The position numbers and the translations under genes were made by a program. From Longimicrobiales bacterium (GTDB lineage: Bacteria; Gemmatimonadota; Gemmatimonadetes; Longimicrobiales; Gaopeijiaceae), in the NCBI GenBank assembly GCA_965202985.1, contig CBDBCF010000001.1, positions 2,720,001-2,784,000 on the forward strand: a DNA stretch of 64,000 nt, written 5' to 3'. Positions 31,814 through 42,600 of this stretch are shown here, piece by piece (position 1 is the stretch's first letter; each line of letters begins with the position of its first letter). The notes under the pieces were generated by a model that made no database searches, was not told the origin of the DNA, and was given only the letters and a program-made list of their open reading frames with translations.

Positions 31814-32998
31814 ATGAACGAGAAGAACGATCCCGAGCCGTTGACCTCCCGCAGCGTTGCCCCTGCTCCCGAGCCGGTGGCCCGTCGGAACTTCCTGGGC
31901 AAGGCCGCCGTCGGCTTGGCCGGGGCGGGGTTGGCCGGAGCCTGCGGCGGCGGCGACGGCGGCGACGGCGAAGGCGCTCCGGCAGTTCAGACCCGCCCGA
32001 GCGTGCAGTGGCGGCTGGCGTCCAGCTTTCCCAGGGGCCTGGACACGATCTGGGGCTCGGCCGAGATGCTGGCGGAGGTGACCTCGTCGCTGACCGGCGG
32101 TCGCTTCCAGATACGCCCGTACCCCGCCGGCGAGCTGGTGGGCGGCCTTCAGGTCATGGACGCCGTCCAGCAGGGGTCCGCGCAGGTGGGGCAGAGCACC
32201 AGCTACTACTTCACCGGCAAGAACCAGGCCCTGGCCTTCGACGCCGGCGTGCCCTTCGGCATGACCGCCCGGCAGCAGGACGCTTGGCTCAACGAGGGGG
32301 GCGGCGGCGAGGTCGTGCGGGGCATCTTCGCCGACTTCGGGATCATCTCGTTCCCGGCCGGCAACACGGGCGGCCAGATGGGCGGCTGGTTCCGTCGCGA
32401 GGTGAACACGCCCGAGGACCTGCGGGGCCTCAAGATGCGCATTCCGGGTCTGGGCGGCGACGTCATGAACCGCTTGGGCGTGACGGTGCAGGTCCTGGCC
32501 GGGGGCGACATCTACCCGGCGCTGGAGCGCGGCGCCATCGACGCCACCGAGTGGGTCGGACCCTACGACGACGAGAAGCTGGGCCTGCACCAGGCGGCCA
32601 GCTACTACTACTACCCCGGCTGGTGGGAGCCGTGCGCCTCCATGTCGTACCAAGTCAACCGAGCGGCTTGGGACGCGCTGCCCTCCGAGTACCAGGAGGT
32701 CTTCCAAGTGGCCGCCCAGGCGTCGGCCCGGCGGATGCTCTACACCTACGACGCCAAGAACCCGCCCGCCCTCCAGCGCCTGTTGGAAAGCGGCATCCGG
32801 CTCCGGTCCTTCTCCGACGAGATCATGGACCAGGCGCGCGTCGCCACCGACGAGATCCTGGAAGAGTACGCCGCCGCCGACCCCGCCTATCGCGCCGTGT
32901 ACGACCACTGGCGGAACTTCCGCGACGCCTCGTACCGCTGGTTCGGAACGACCGAGCTGCGCTACGCGGCCTACGCGTTCGGCGACCGAGGGGCCTGA
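31814..32998 (+). CDS. dctP: TRAP transporter substrate-binding protein (DctP/TakP-like) with Tat signal
   Basis: ARRNFLG, WRLASSFP, GNTGGQMGGWF, GLKMRIPG, ALERGAIDATEWVGPYDD, YYPGWWEP. Confidence 0.93.
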   Translation: MNEKNDPEPLTSRSVAPAPEPVARRNFLGKAAVGLAGAGLAGACGGGDGGDGEGAPAVQTRPSVQWRLASSFPRGLDTIWGSAEMLAEVTSSLTGGRFQIRPYPAGELVGGLQVMDAVQQGSAQVGQSTSYYFTGKNQALAFDAGVPFGMTARQQDAWLNEGGGGEVVRGIFADFGIISFPAGNTGGQMGGWFRREVNTPEDLRGLKMRIPGLGGDVMNRLGVTVQVLAGGDIYPALERGAIDATEWVGPYDDEKLGLHQAASYYYYPGWWEPCASMSYQVNRAAWDALPSEYQEVFQVAAQASARRMLYTYDAKNPPALQRLLESGIRLRSFSDEIMDQARVATDEILEEYAAADPAYRAVYDHWRNFRDASYRWFGTTELRYAAYAFGDRGA

Positions 32999-33078
32999 TC
33001 CGCGGGCGGGGCCCGTCAGCCTTCCGGTCGCTCGTCCGGCGCCTCTGCCGGTCCGGGCTTGGCGAAGACGCCCCCCTC

Positions 33079-34404
33079 TTACCGCCCCAGCAACCCGGTC
33101 ACCAGCTCCGGCCACAGGATGATCGCCAGCAGGCCCAGGAGCTGGATCACGATGAAGGGGATCACGGCGCGGTACAGGTCGGTGGTCTTGACCGAGGACG
33201 GGGCCACGCCGCGCAGGTAGAAGAGCGCGAACCCGAACGGCGGCGTCAGGAACGACGTTTGCAGGTTCATGCCGATCATGACGCCGAACCACACCAGGTC
33301 CACGCCCAGCAGCGAGGCCGCCGGCGCCAGCAGCGGAATGATGATGAAGGCGATCTCGAAGAAGTCCAGGAAGAAGCCCAGCACGAAGATCGCCAGGTTG
33401 GCCACCAGCAGCAGGCCGACCTTCCCGCCGGGCAGGTTCGTCAGCAGGTTCTCGATCCAGATGTCGCCGTAGAGGCCGCGAAAGACGAGCGCGAACGCCG
33501 TCGAGCCGATCAGCAGGAACATGACCATGGTGGTGAGCTTGGTCGTGTCCCGGCAGGTGTCGCGCAGCACCGCCATGCTCATGCGCCCCCGAGCCGCCGC
33601 CAGCAGGATGGCGCCCACCGACCCGATGGCCCCGGCCTCCGTGGGCGTGGCCACGCCGGCGAAGATGGAGCCCAGCACGATCAGGATCAGCAGCAGGGGC
33701 GGCATCAGCACCAGGGCGACCTGCCGCATCAGCGTGCGAAACGCGATCTCCGTCATCTCCGGGGGCAGGGCGGGCGCGGCGGACGGCTTCGCGATCGCAA
33801 CGCCCCCCACGTACAGCGCGTACATGCCGGCCAGCATCAGCCCCGGCACCAGGCCGCCGATGAACAGGTCGCCCACCGAGATGCCCATCTGGTCCGCCAG
33901 CACCACCAGCACGATGCTGGGCGGGATGATCTGCCCCAGCGTGCCCGACGCCAGGATCACCCCGGCCGACAGGTGCTTCGAGTACTTGTAGCGCAGCATG
34001 ACCGGAAGCGAGATGCTGCCCATGGCCACGACCGACGCGCCCACCACGCCCGTGGCCGCCGCCAGCATGGCGCCCACCAGCACGACCGCCAGAGCCAAGC
34101 CGCCGGCGTGCCGCCCGAACAAGGTGCCGATCGTGGTCAGCAGGTCCTCGGCCAGCTTCGCCTTCTCCAGGATCAGCCCCATGAAGATGAAGAAGGGGAC
34201 CGCCAGCAGGACATAGTTCGACATGACGCCGAAGACGCGCTCCGGCATGGCGTAGAGCAGGTTCCAGTCGAAGTAGCCCAGTTCGACGCCGATGAAGGCG
34301 AAGAGCAGCGATGCGCCCCCCAACGCGAACGCCACCGGGTAGCCGCTGAAGATGATCACGAACACCGCGACGAACATGAGCGGCGCCAGCACGTTGCCGT
34401 TCAT
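33079..34404 (-). CDS. dctM: TRAP transporter large permease
   Basis: GYPVAFALG, LLAVPFFIFMG, GTLGQIIPPS, ATPTEAG, QTSFLTPPFG. Confidence 0.95.
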   Translation of the reverse strand: MNGNVLAPLMFVAVFVIIFSGYPVAFALGGASLLFAFIGVELGYFDWNLLYAMPERVFGVMSNYVLLAVPFFIFMGLILEKAKLAEDLLTTIGTLFGRHAGGLALAVVLVGAMLAAATGVVGASVVAMGSISLPVMLRYKYSKHLSAGVILASGTLGQIIPPSIVLVVLADQMGISVGDLFIGGLVPGLMLAGMYALYVGGVAIAKPSAAPALPPEMTEIAFRTLMRQVALVLMPPLLLILIVLGSIFAGVATPTEAGAIGSVGAILLAAARGRMSMAVLRDTCRDTTKLTTMVMFLLIGSTAFALVFRGLYGDIWIENLLTNLPGGKVGLLLVANLAIFVLGFFLDFFEIAFIIIPLLAPAASLLGVDLVWFGVMIGMNLQTSFLTPPFGFALFYLRGVAPSSVKTTDLYRAVIPFIVIQLLGLLAIILWPELVTGLLGR

Positions 34405-35174
34405 CGGGCGCCGCCTCCACCGCCTTCTCGGCCGTCGTCGGACGTTCGGCGCGCGCGCCGTCTGCGCAGCACGCCCACGTCCTTGGCCAGCTGCGCCAGC
34501 GCCTGGGCCAGCAGCAGCACGAAGCACACGAGGATGACGGCCTTCAGGGGATAGCGCGGCAGTCCGCCGGGGTCGGGCGACACTTCCTTGATCGACCACG
34601 AGTTGTGCACCGACGGCCACGACACCCACAGCATGAACACGCAGAACGGCAAGAGCATGAGCACCGCGCCGACGGTGTCGATCCACGATCGGGCGCGCCT
34701 GCGCAACCGGCCGTAGACCACGTCGACGCGCACGTGGGCGTTCTCCTTCAGCGCGTATCCGGCGGCCAGCAGGAAGATCAGCGAGAACAGGTACCACTGC
34801 AGCTCCAAGTACAGGTTGGAGCTGAGGTTGGCGCCGGTGAAGCGGCCCAGGTAGCGGACCAGGGCGTTGTAGGCGCCGATGAGCACCATGGCCAGGACGA
34901 ACCACGACACGAAGCGGCCCAGAACGCGGGTGAAGGCGTCCACGCCGCGCACGAACGCCCTCACGAAGGGGCTCTTGGGCAGGCGGGCCGAGCGGGGGGA
35001 TCGGGCCGAGCCGCCGGTCGAGGCGTCGTCCGGGGGCGGGATCGCGGGGCGGGCGACGCCGTGCAGGGGCGAGTCGCCGCCGGGCGGAGGCGCGTTGCGG
35101 GGCTCTCTCAAGAAGCGTGTGATGGCGGGGGCGTCCCCGGTGGCGTGTCCCCGCTCCCTTCGCGGGCGAAGCAA
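34401..35174 (-). CDS. dctQ: TRAP transporter small permease (start uncertain, may be shorter)
   Basis: ELQWYLF, HVRVDVVY, SPDPGGLPRYPLK; four TM segments. Confidence 0.88.
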   Translation of the reverse strand: MLRPRRERGHATGDAPAITRFLREPRNAPPPGGDSPLHGVARPAIPPPDDASTGGSARSPRSARLPKSPFVRAFVRGVDAFTRVLGRFVSWFVLAMVLIGAYNALVRYLGRFTGANLSSNLYLELQWYLFSLIFLLAAGYALKENAHVRVDVVYGRLRRRARSWIDTVGAVLMLLPFCVFMLWVSWPSVHNSWSIKEVSPDPGGLPRYPLKAVILVCFVLLLAQALAQLAKDVGVLRRRRARRTSDDGREGGGGGAR

Positions 35175-35184
35175 GGCCAGACTA

Positions 35185-36876
35185 TCACCCCATCCCCTGG
35201 GTCAGCAAGCTGGTTCCCGTCATCTCGGGCGGCTGCGGAACGCCCATGAGCTCCAGGATCGTCGGCGCCACGTCGGCCAGAATGCCGTCGCGGAGGCCTG
35301 GGGGCCGCGCCGGGGAGCGGGGTCCTTCGCCGTGGCCGCCCCCGCCGCCGTGGCCGCCCCCGCCGCTGCCGTTCGGGCCGCTGCCGCGGTCCGCGCCACC
35401 CCAGTCCGGCGTTGCCAGGAAGACCCGCACCGGCATGGTGGTGTGAGCCGTGAACGGGCCGCCGTCTTCGTCCAGCATCTGTTCGGCGTTGCCGTGGTCG
35501 GCGGTCACCAGCGCCGTGCCGCCAAGCGCCGCCACGCGTTCCAGGACACGGCCCACGCAGCGATCAACCGCCTCCACCGCCTTCACCGCCGCCGACATCT
35601 TCCCCGTGTGGCCCACCATGTCGGCGTTGGCGTAGTTGATCAGCACGAAGTCGTGGCGACGCTCGTTCAGCCGAGCCAGAAGCGCGTCCGTCAGCTCGCG
35701 GGCGCTCATCTCCGGCTTCGCGTCGTAGGTGTCCACCTTGGGCGACGGGACCATCTCGCGGTCCTCTCCCGGGAAGGGGCCCTCGACGCCGCCGTTGAAG
35801 AAGTAGGTCACGTGAGCGTACTTCTCGGTCTCGGCCATGCGCAGCTGGGTCCGTCCCGCATCGGCGAGCACTTCGCCCAGCACCCTCTGCGGAACGCGGC
35901 GCGGGAAGAGGACCGGATGGCGGAAGTCGTCCCGGTACGGCGTCATGGCCACGAAGCGGGAGCACGGAGGGCGCGCGCGCCGAAAGTGGGGGAAGTCGGG
36001 GTCCGCCAGCGCCGACGCGATCTGCCGCGCCCGATCCGCCCGGAAGTTGAAGAACAGCACGCCGTCCTGGGGCGCGATCCCCGGGGGGTCCCCATCCGGC
36101 CCGGAGATGGTAGCGGGCGGCAGGTGCTCGTCCGACTTGCCGCGCTCGTAGTGCGCCGCCACGTGGCGGGACGCGCTCGAGGTGCGGGGCGCCGCCCCCT
36201 CGGCCATGGCGCGGTACGCCCGCTCGGTACGGGGCCAGCGTCGATCCCTGTCCATGGCGAAGTGCCGTCCGCCCACGCTGGCGATCCGCGCGTCGCCGGC
36301 TTCGTTCGTCCATCGCTCCAGCTCCTTGATCCACGCCAACCCGGAGTTCGGCGGCGCGTCCCGCCCGTCGGTGAAGCAGTGGATGCGCACCGAGAGGCGC
36401 TCGCCCCGTGCCCACCTCAAGAAAGCGCGAAGATGGGCGACGTCGCTGTGGACGCCGCCGTTGGAGCACAGCCCCGCCAAGTGAAGACGGCCCCCGCTAC
36501 GCCGCAGCGAACGCAGAAGTTCGACCAATTCCGGGCGCTCGAAGAGGCTGCCGTCCGCGACGGCCTTGTCGATCCGGCTCGCTTCCTGGTGGACGATCCT
36601 TCCCGCTCCCAAGTTCAGGTGGCCCACCTCCGAGTTGCCCATCCGGCCATGGGAAAGCCCGACCGCGCGCCCCGACGTCTCGAGCAGGCTCCACGGGCAC
36701 CTCCGCAACAGCCGGTCCCGCACCGGCGTCCGGGCTTTGGCCACGGCGTCGCCCCGGCGTTCGGCCTCCGCCGGGTCCGCGGCGCCCACGCCCCATCCGT
36801 CGCGGACGACCAGCACCATTGGCTTTCGTTCGCGCCGGCTCGGGATGGCGCTCCCGGCGTCCGGGGGCATCTTCAT
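35185..36876 (-). CDS. gpmI: 2,3-bisphosphoglycerate-independent phosphoglycerate mutase
   Basis: DGWG, MGNSEVGH, GGVHS, FTDGRD, FNFRADR, AETEKYAHVT, NADMVGHTG, TADHGNAE. Confidence 0.97.
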   Translation of the reverse strand: MKMPPDAGSAIPSRRERKPMVLVVRDGWGVGAADPAEAERRGDAVAKARTPVRDRLLRRCPWSLLETSGRAVGLSHGRMGNSEVGHLNLGAGRIVHQEASRIDKAVADGSLFERPELVELLRSLRRSGGRLHLAGLCSNGGVHSDVAHLRAFLRWARGERLSVRIHCFTDGRDAPPNSGLAWIKELERWTNEAGDARIASVGGRHFAMDRDRRWPRTERAYRAMAEGAAPRTSSASRHVAAHYERGKSDEHLPPATISGPDGDPPGIAPQDGVLFFNFRADRARQIASALADPDFPHFRRARPPCSRFVAMTPYRDDFRHPVLFPRRVPQRVLGEVLADAGRTQLRMAETEKYAHVTYFFNGGVEGPFPGEDREMVPSPKVDTYDAKPEMSARELTDALLARLNERRHDFVLINYANADMVGHTGKMSAAVKAVEAVDRCVGRVLERVAALGGTALVTADHGNAEQMLDEDGGPFTAHTTMPVRVFLATPDWGGADRGSGPNGSGGGGHGGGGGHGEGPRSPARPPGLRDGILADVAPTILELMGVPQPPEMTGTSLLTQGMG

Positions 36877-36905
36877 TCAACAATCTACATCTGCACGGCG
36901 GGCCG

Positions 36906-36990
36906 TACGTTCGCCCGTCACGACCTTACGTCCGCTCGTCACGACCGAACCCCGTCGTCACCGAACTCCGCCCGTCGTCACCGAACTTCC
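36906..36990. repeat. Degenerate 20-21 bp tandem repeats in the divergent gpmI/EEP intergenic region
   Basis: TACGTTCGCCCGTCACGACCT / TACGTCCGCTCGTCACGACCG, then CCCGTCGTCACCGAACT twice. Confidence 0.7.
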
Positions 36991-36993
36991 TTC

Positions 36994-38052
36994 ATGACCG
37001 ATCCCAGTTGGAGCCGCACCGTGGACCTGGAGGGCCGTCCGGCGCCGCAGGCGGTGTCGTGGAAGGGAGCGACCTCCGACGCCGAGCGCTCGCGACTGGG
37101 CCGATGGCGAAGGGCCGTAGGGCCGGCTTGGTTCGGGCAGGCCCAGGCGGCCTCGGGCGCGTCCGCGGATGCGGGGCGGGGCAGGCCGCTCGTGGTGGCG
37201 TCGTGGAACGCCCGGACCGGGGGCGGCGCGTTGCTTGCGTTCTGGGACCGCTTGCTGAACGAGGCGGGCGGCGGCCCCGTAGTGGCTCTTCTTCAAGAGG
37301 TCTTCTCGGCGGGCGCGCACGTCCCGGCAGCCGGCAGCCGGCGCGAAAGGCAAGAATGCGACTGGGCCGAGCGCATCGCCGAGCATCCCCCGCGGGGCGA
37401 ACCCCGTACCGACATCGTCTCCTTTGCGCGGCGGATGGGCCTGTCTCTGCTGTACGTCCCCTCCATGAGAAACGGCGCTCCGGCCGGAAACGGGCGACGC
37501 CGGGCGGGCGCGGAGGTCGCCGAGGACCGTGGGAATGCGGTCTTGGCCAACGTGCCCCTCTGCGCGCCCGCTGCCGTCGAGCTGCCCTTCGAGCGCCAGC
37601 GCCGCGTGGCGGTCGCGGCTCGAGTTCGGCTCGGAGGCGAGCGGATCGGCGCGTGTTCCGTCCACCTGGACAACCGGGCCCCTTGGCGCCGGGCTTGGCG
37701 AAGCCTGGGCGCCGCCCGACATCGTCAGATGGCCGCGCTGCTGCCGCTCTTGTCGCGCTCCGACCGCGCCCAACCGTTCGCGCTGGGCGGCGACTTCAAC
37801 ACCTGGGTGCGGGGCGCCCGCGAAGCCGCCTATCGGCTGGCCAGGGAACGGTTCCCGCACCCCGCGACCCCGGACCCCCGGCCCACCCACCACTTCGAGA
37901 TCGGCGGCTGGCTGCGCCGTTCCGATCACCTGCTGTTCGCCCTTCCCGAAGGCTGGCTGGCCGAATGTCGCCGCCTGGACGACGCCTTCGGCTCCGACCA
38001 CTACCCGCTGGTCGGGACGCTCGATCCACCCCGATCTCTGCGCCGCGCTTGA
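36994..38052 (+). CDS. Endonuclease/exonuclease/phosphatase family protein
   Basis: VASWN, LLQEV, RGNAVL, SVHLD, GGDFNT, SDHYP. Confidence 0.88.
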   Translation: MTDPSWSRTVDLEGRPAPQAVSWKGATSDAERSRLGRWRRAVGPAWFGQAQAASGASADAGRGRPLVVASWNARTGGGALLAFWDRLLNEAGGGPVVALLQEVFSAGAHVPAAGSRRERQECDWAERIAEHPPRGEPRTDIVSFARRMGLSLLYVPSMRNGAPAGNGRRRAGAEVAEDRGNAVLANVPLCAPAAVELPFERQRRVAVAARVRLGGERIGACSVHLDNRAPWRRAWRSLGAARHRQMAALLPLLSRSDRAQPFALGGDFNTWVRGAREAAYRLARERFPHPATPDPRPTHHFEIGGWLRRSDHLLFALPEGWLAECRRLDDAFGSDHYPLVGTLDPPRSLRRA

Positions 38053-38097
38053 CCTTTGCCTTCTCCTGGATGCAACTAGGCGGACAGCAACGCTTCG

Positions 38098-39153
38098 TCA
38101 TGGCACAGCCGCCGCTCGGCGGGCCAACGCTACGATGCGAGGGAACACGTCCCACGCTTCGGTGGTAAACACCCTGTCCGCGCCCACGACCGCTTCGTTC
38201 GCATAGTGAGGGAGCACGTCGGTTTCCAAGTACGCCCCGGACCGCACGTCGAACTTGTCCAGTAGCCGGCCACGTCCCGGACTCTTGCCGCCGAACAGAA
38301 CGAACAGCGTGTCGCCGACCACGGACAACGAACGCCCGGTTTCGATCGGCCGTCTTGTCGTTTTCGTGCTCACGGTGTTTCCCCGACGCACCTGACGCAA
38401 CCTCGGAAAGTCCAAGTGCTCGACGTAAGGGAAGACGCCCTGCAGTTCGGCCTCCCGGAATGTCGTCCATCCGTTTCCGACCCGAAACCCAAACACCCAA
38501 CTCTTGTCGCCCCACCTGACCAGTCTTCCCTGGTGCTGCATAGGGTGAGGCTCACCGAGACCGGCCGGCAACTCCACCGCGGCGACGTTGCTCCCGTCCC
38601 ACAGCCCCAGCACGGAACCAGTGCCCGAACGTCCAGCAACTGCCATCTCTCCGGCGACTGCCATCCGTCCGCCCTGCAACACGGCCACCGACTGCACAGA
38701 ACTGCCCTGACGCGGCATCGGTGCCTCTTCAAGCAGCCGTCCGTCCGCACTCAATCGCACCACTCGCCTGTTGCCGGAGTCGACCAGTACCACCGACCCG
38801 TCTGTTCCTACGTCCATTGCCCGGACGTTCAGCAGTTCGCCCGGCCCTTCGCCCTTGGTGCCCCAGGACCACAGCAGATCGCCGTCCGCCCCAAGCCGGT
38901 AGGCGGCTTGGTTCCGAATGTCGAAGAAGACCAGCCCCTGTGCACCGTCTAAACGAGGCCGCCCAGGAGATGCCAGCAACGTGTCCGACGGTCCGCCGAA
39001 CACCCACAGCGTGTCGAACTCCACCGACGACCGGACCCGCCCGACATCGTTGGAGGGCGAAAACAACGCTGGTGCCTCGATCAGCCTCTCCTGGTCAACG
39101 TTTTCGCCGGCGTAGCCCACGCCCAGGACAGCCGCAAGCGCCCACGTCTTCAC
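38098..39153 (-). CDS. 6-bladed beta-propeller (NHL-like) exported protein
   Basis: WGTKGEGPGEL motif, LVDSGNRRV, LDKFD..SGAY; GTG 39153 overlaps the stop of the upstream remnant. Confidence 0.75.
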   Translation of the reverse strand: MKTWALAAVLGVGYAGENVDQERLIEAPALFSPSNDVGRVRSSVEFDTLWVFGGPSDTLLASPGRPRLDGAQGLVFFDIRNQAAYRLGADGDLLWSWGTKGEGPGELLNVRAMDVGTDGSVVLVDSGNRRVVRLSADGRLLEEAPMPRQGSSVQSVAVLQGGRMAVAGEMAVAGRSGTGSVLGLWDGSNVAAVELPAGLGEPHPMQHQGRLVRWGDKSWVFGFRVGNGWTTFREAELQGVFPYVEHLDFPRLRQVRRGNTVSTKTTRRPIETGRSLSVVGDTLFVLFGGKSPGRGRLLDKFDVRSGAYLETDVLPHYANEAVVGADRVFTTEAWDVFPRIVALARRAAAVP

Positions 39154-39560
39154 ATCGGCCCCAGCGACCCGAGGATTGCTTGCCACGAACGACCGGCGAG
39201 CGCCTCCACCTTCACAACCGCTCCCGAAGGATCGACGATCATGGCAAGGGGCGTCCGACTGTGGCCCAGAGCCGCCAGCGTCGACGCTGCCCTACGGAAG
39301 TGTCCTGTGCGGGAAACGCCTCGCTTGCCAGCTGAACCGCAACATCTACTGGCCCGCGCTCCAGAATCACGCCCTGCACGACTACGCCCCGTGCCTGAAG
39401 CGCCGCCGCGGTGAACTCCACCGGTCCCGCCGTGGTAGCGCCGAGCGAGTTCCCAAACGAGCCGCGCTTCCCTTGGACGGCGGCAAGGTATGCTGCACCA
39501 AATGCAAGCGCGAGAAAAGCCCCCGATGATGGATCGATGGGTCTTGCGCGCCTCCGTCAA
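39150..39560 (-). pseudogene. Degraded thioredoxin-fold (CxxC) gene remnant
   Basis: FSRACIWC and LGHSRTPLAMIVDPSGAVV in one frame, with the intervening helix/strand (AAALQARGVVVQGV) in another frame. Confidence 0.45.
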
Positions 39561-39613
39561 ACACGGCGGTCCCCATGAGTCCTCCGGGCCAGTGGGCCTG
39601 CCGCCGCGCTTTC

Positions 39614-42600
39614 CTACCTCCGAATCCCCGCTGCCGTCCCCGACGGGTCGGCCTCGGCCGGGCGCTGGCGCTCGAGGACGCGCGGCTCCGGATAGAGCTC
39701 GTCCAAGGTCGTGCCGTTGTAGAGGCGGCCGTCCTTCATGACGTACAGGATGTCCACGGTGGCGCGCAGGTCGTCCAGGGGGTCGGCGTTGAGGACCACG
39801 ATGTCGGCGAACTTGCCCTCCTCGATGCTGCCCAGGTGTTCGCCGAAGCCGATCGCCTCCGCGCCCAGGATCGTGGCGGCGCGCAGCATGTCGTGGTTGG
39901 ACGCGCCCCCTGCCGCCATCGCCCACAGCTCCCAGTGGTAGCCCACTCCCTGAATCTGGCCGTGGCTGCCGACGCCCATCCTGCCGCCGGCCTCCAGCAT
40001 CTTCTTCACGAACTCGCCGTGACGGGGGAACACGTGTTCCTCTTCCAGGAACCAGCCGGCTTGGCCAGGGCTTCCCCCCCCGCCGGGCCCCCGCCGCCGG
40101 GCGCGCGCGTCGATGTTGGCCTTCGGCGCGAAGACGTTCAGCTTGGGGTCGTCGTGCACGTCCTCCGTGGCGTAGAACCAGTTCTCGCCGAACGGCCCGC
40201 CGTACGACACCAGCAGCGTGGGCGTGTTCGTGGTCTGCGACTCCTTGAACAGCTCGACCATGTCCGAGTAGACCGGTGCGATCGGCAGGTTGTGCTCGAT
40301 GCCCGGGTAGCCGTCGATCGCGTGAGTCATGTCGATCTTGAAGTCCAGGCCGCCCTCGGTGGTGGGCATGAGCTCCAGCTCCTTGGCCGCCTGGATCACC
40401 CACTGGCGCTGCTGGCGGTTGCCGGTCATGTACATCTTCAGCGTCTTCGTGTCGAAGTACTCGGAGTAGCGCCGAAGGATCGTCTTGGCGTGGTCGGCGT
40501 CTCGGATGTTCTCGCTCAGGAAGACGCCCGGGCCGGTGGAGTAGATGCGAGGCCCCGTCATGCCGCCGGTGCGCACCCGGTCCGTGTAGCTCAATATGTC
40601 GGTCGTGGCGGTCTGCGGGTCGCGCGTGGTTGTGACGCCGTACGACAGCGTGCTCAGATACTGCCAGACTTCCTCCGGGTGAATCTCCGGGACCAGCCAC
40701 TGCGCATGGTAGTGGATGTCCACGAAGCCGGGAACCAGCGTCTTGCCGCTCACGTCCACCACCTCGGCGTCTTCGGGCACCTCCACCGAATCCGCCGGCC
40801 CCACGGCCGCGATCCGGTTGTCCTCGACCACGACCACGCCGTTCTCGATCACGTTAGGCGCCTCCGTGGAGTCGTCCGCGGGCTCGGCCATGGTGATGAT
40901 CCGCCCGCCCCGAAGCGCCACCGTGCCGCGGGGCACGTCGCGGGGCAGCTTCGCCTCGATCTTGCGTTCCCCGGCCTCGTAGGCTTCGGTCGAGTCGGCC
41001 AGGACCTCGTCGTCGCCGGCGCGCACGGCGGCCGCCTTGGCCGCCACCTCGGCGGCGGCGTCCCGAATCGAGTCGGCCCGCGCCACGAGCGAATCGGCCA
41101 CGACCTGCACCGAATCCGCCGCCAGCCGCGAGATCTCGTCCTCCAGCGCCTCGGGCACCTCTTCGTCGGCCTTCTCCAGGCTGTCGGCCTCGGCGCGCTT
41201 CTCCTTGAGCGTGTCGGAAACAGCCATGGCGCGGACCCGGAGCAGCGCCCGTTCGCGAGCGGTCTCTTCCTCTTCGGCCTCTTCGGCCTCCACGTGGTCC
41301 AGGTCGTAGGTGAAGAGGACGTTGCCCATGGCCCAGTGGAGCGCGGAGCCGTCGGGGGCCCAGGACGGGAACTCGCCCCCCACGTCCGTCACCTTGCGCA
41401 CCGGCACGGGCGACGCCGCCAAGTTGGCCAGCACGATGTTGGGCGGCGTCGCCCCCACCTCCGCCAGCTCGACCACGAACACGTCGCGTCCGAACTGGGC
41501 GAAGGCGCGGTCGCCCTCGGGAGACAGGAGCACCAAGCCGGCGGGGCTGGGCGGCCCGGACTCGGTGGGCGGTTCGGGGTCGGTCGGGTCCGGGGCCTGC
41601 CGCCACGGGAACACGCGCCTGGGCAGGTATTCCCATTCGCCGGGGTGCGGGCTGCCGATGCCCTGCACGCCCTGGCGCCCGCGCACGACCAGGTGCTTCT
41701 TGACGTCGGTGCCGTCCCAGCGGAACGAGACCAAGCCCTCCAGGGGACTGTAGGCGTAGATGCGGTCGGGCTCGTCCGCGGCGAAGTGGGCGACGTCGCG
41801 CGTGCCCGTCGGAGAAACGAGCGTGGCCTCCGAAGGCGCGGCGCCGTCCGCCGGAACCCAGACGAACGACCCGCCCAGCGGGCCGAAGAATATCCCCGAC
41901 GCCTCCTTGAGCTCGCGGGCCGCGCCGCGCGACGCCACGATGCGGTCGCCGCCGGGCGACCACGCCACGTTGTAGTACAGCGCCGGCGTGGCCGTCAGCC
42001 GCACGGGTTCTCCGCCGTCGGCGGGCGCCTTCATGACGTGTCCGCCCTCGGCATCGTCCCATGTGGCGTAGGCGATCCAACTGCCGTCCGGCGACCACTG
42101 CGGGTGGAACTCGCCCACGTCGGCCGTGGTCAGGCGCCGCGCTTCGCCGTCCGGCAGCTCCTTCGTCCACAGCCGGTCGAAGGCCGTGAAGACGACCTTG
42201 CCGCCCCCCGGGGCGACCGCCGGACTGCGGATCTGGCTCGCCACGACCATCTCCGCCGTGTCGATCCGGAAGTCGAACTTGACCTCGGGGCCGATCCCCA
42301 GCTCGATAGGCACTTCGAACGGAACCTCGGCCGCCTCGCCGCCGTCCATTGGGACGCGCCAGATCTTGCCGCCGTACGAAGCGACGATCGCCGACCCGTC
42401 CGGCAGGAACGCGTAGCCGGGCAGCAGGTCCAGCGGCGCCCGCGACTCCTGTTCGTCGCGCTGCACGGGGTAGGCCAGCCACGCCTCTTCGCCGGTCTCC
42501 AGGTTGCGCTTGCGAAGGCCCGTGTCCGCGTTGTGCCGGGTGGCGTATACCAGCCACCGGCCGTCGGGCGAGATCGCGGGGCGCATCCCCGAGCCGTAGC

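Noticed and set aside
36906..36990. Short repeats considered as a mini-CRISPR array
   Set aside because: The units are adjacent and degenerate with no unique spacers, and there are no cas genes in the window.
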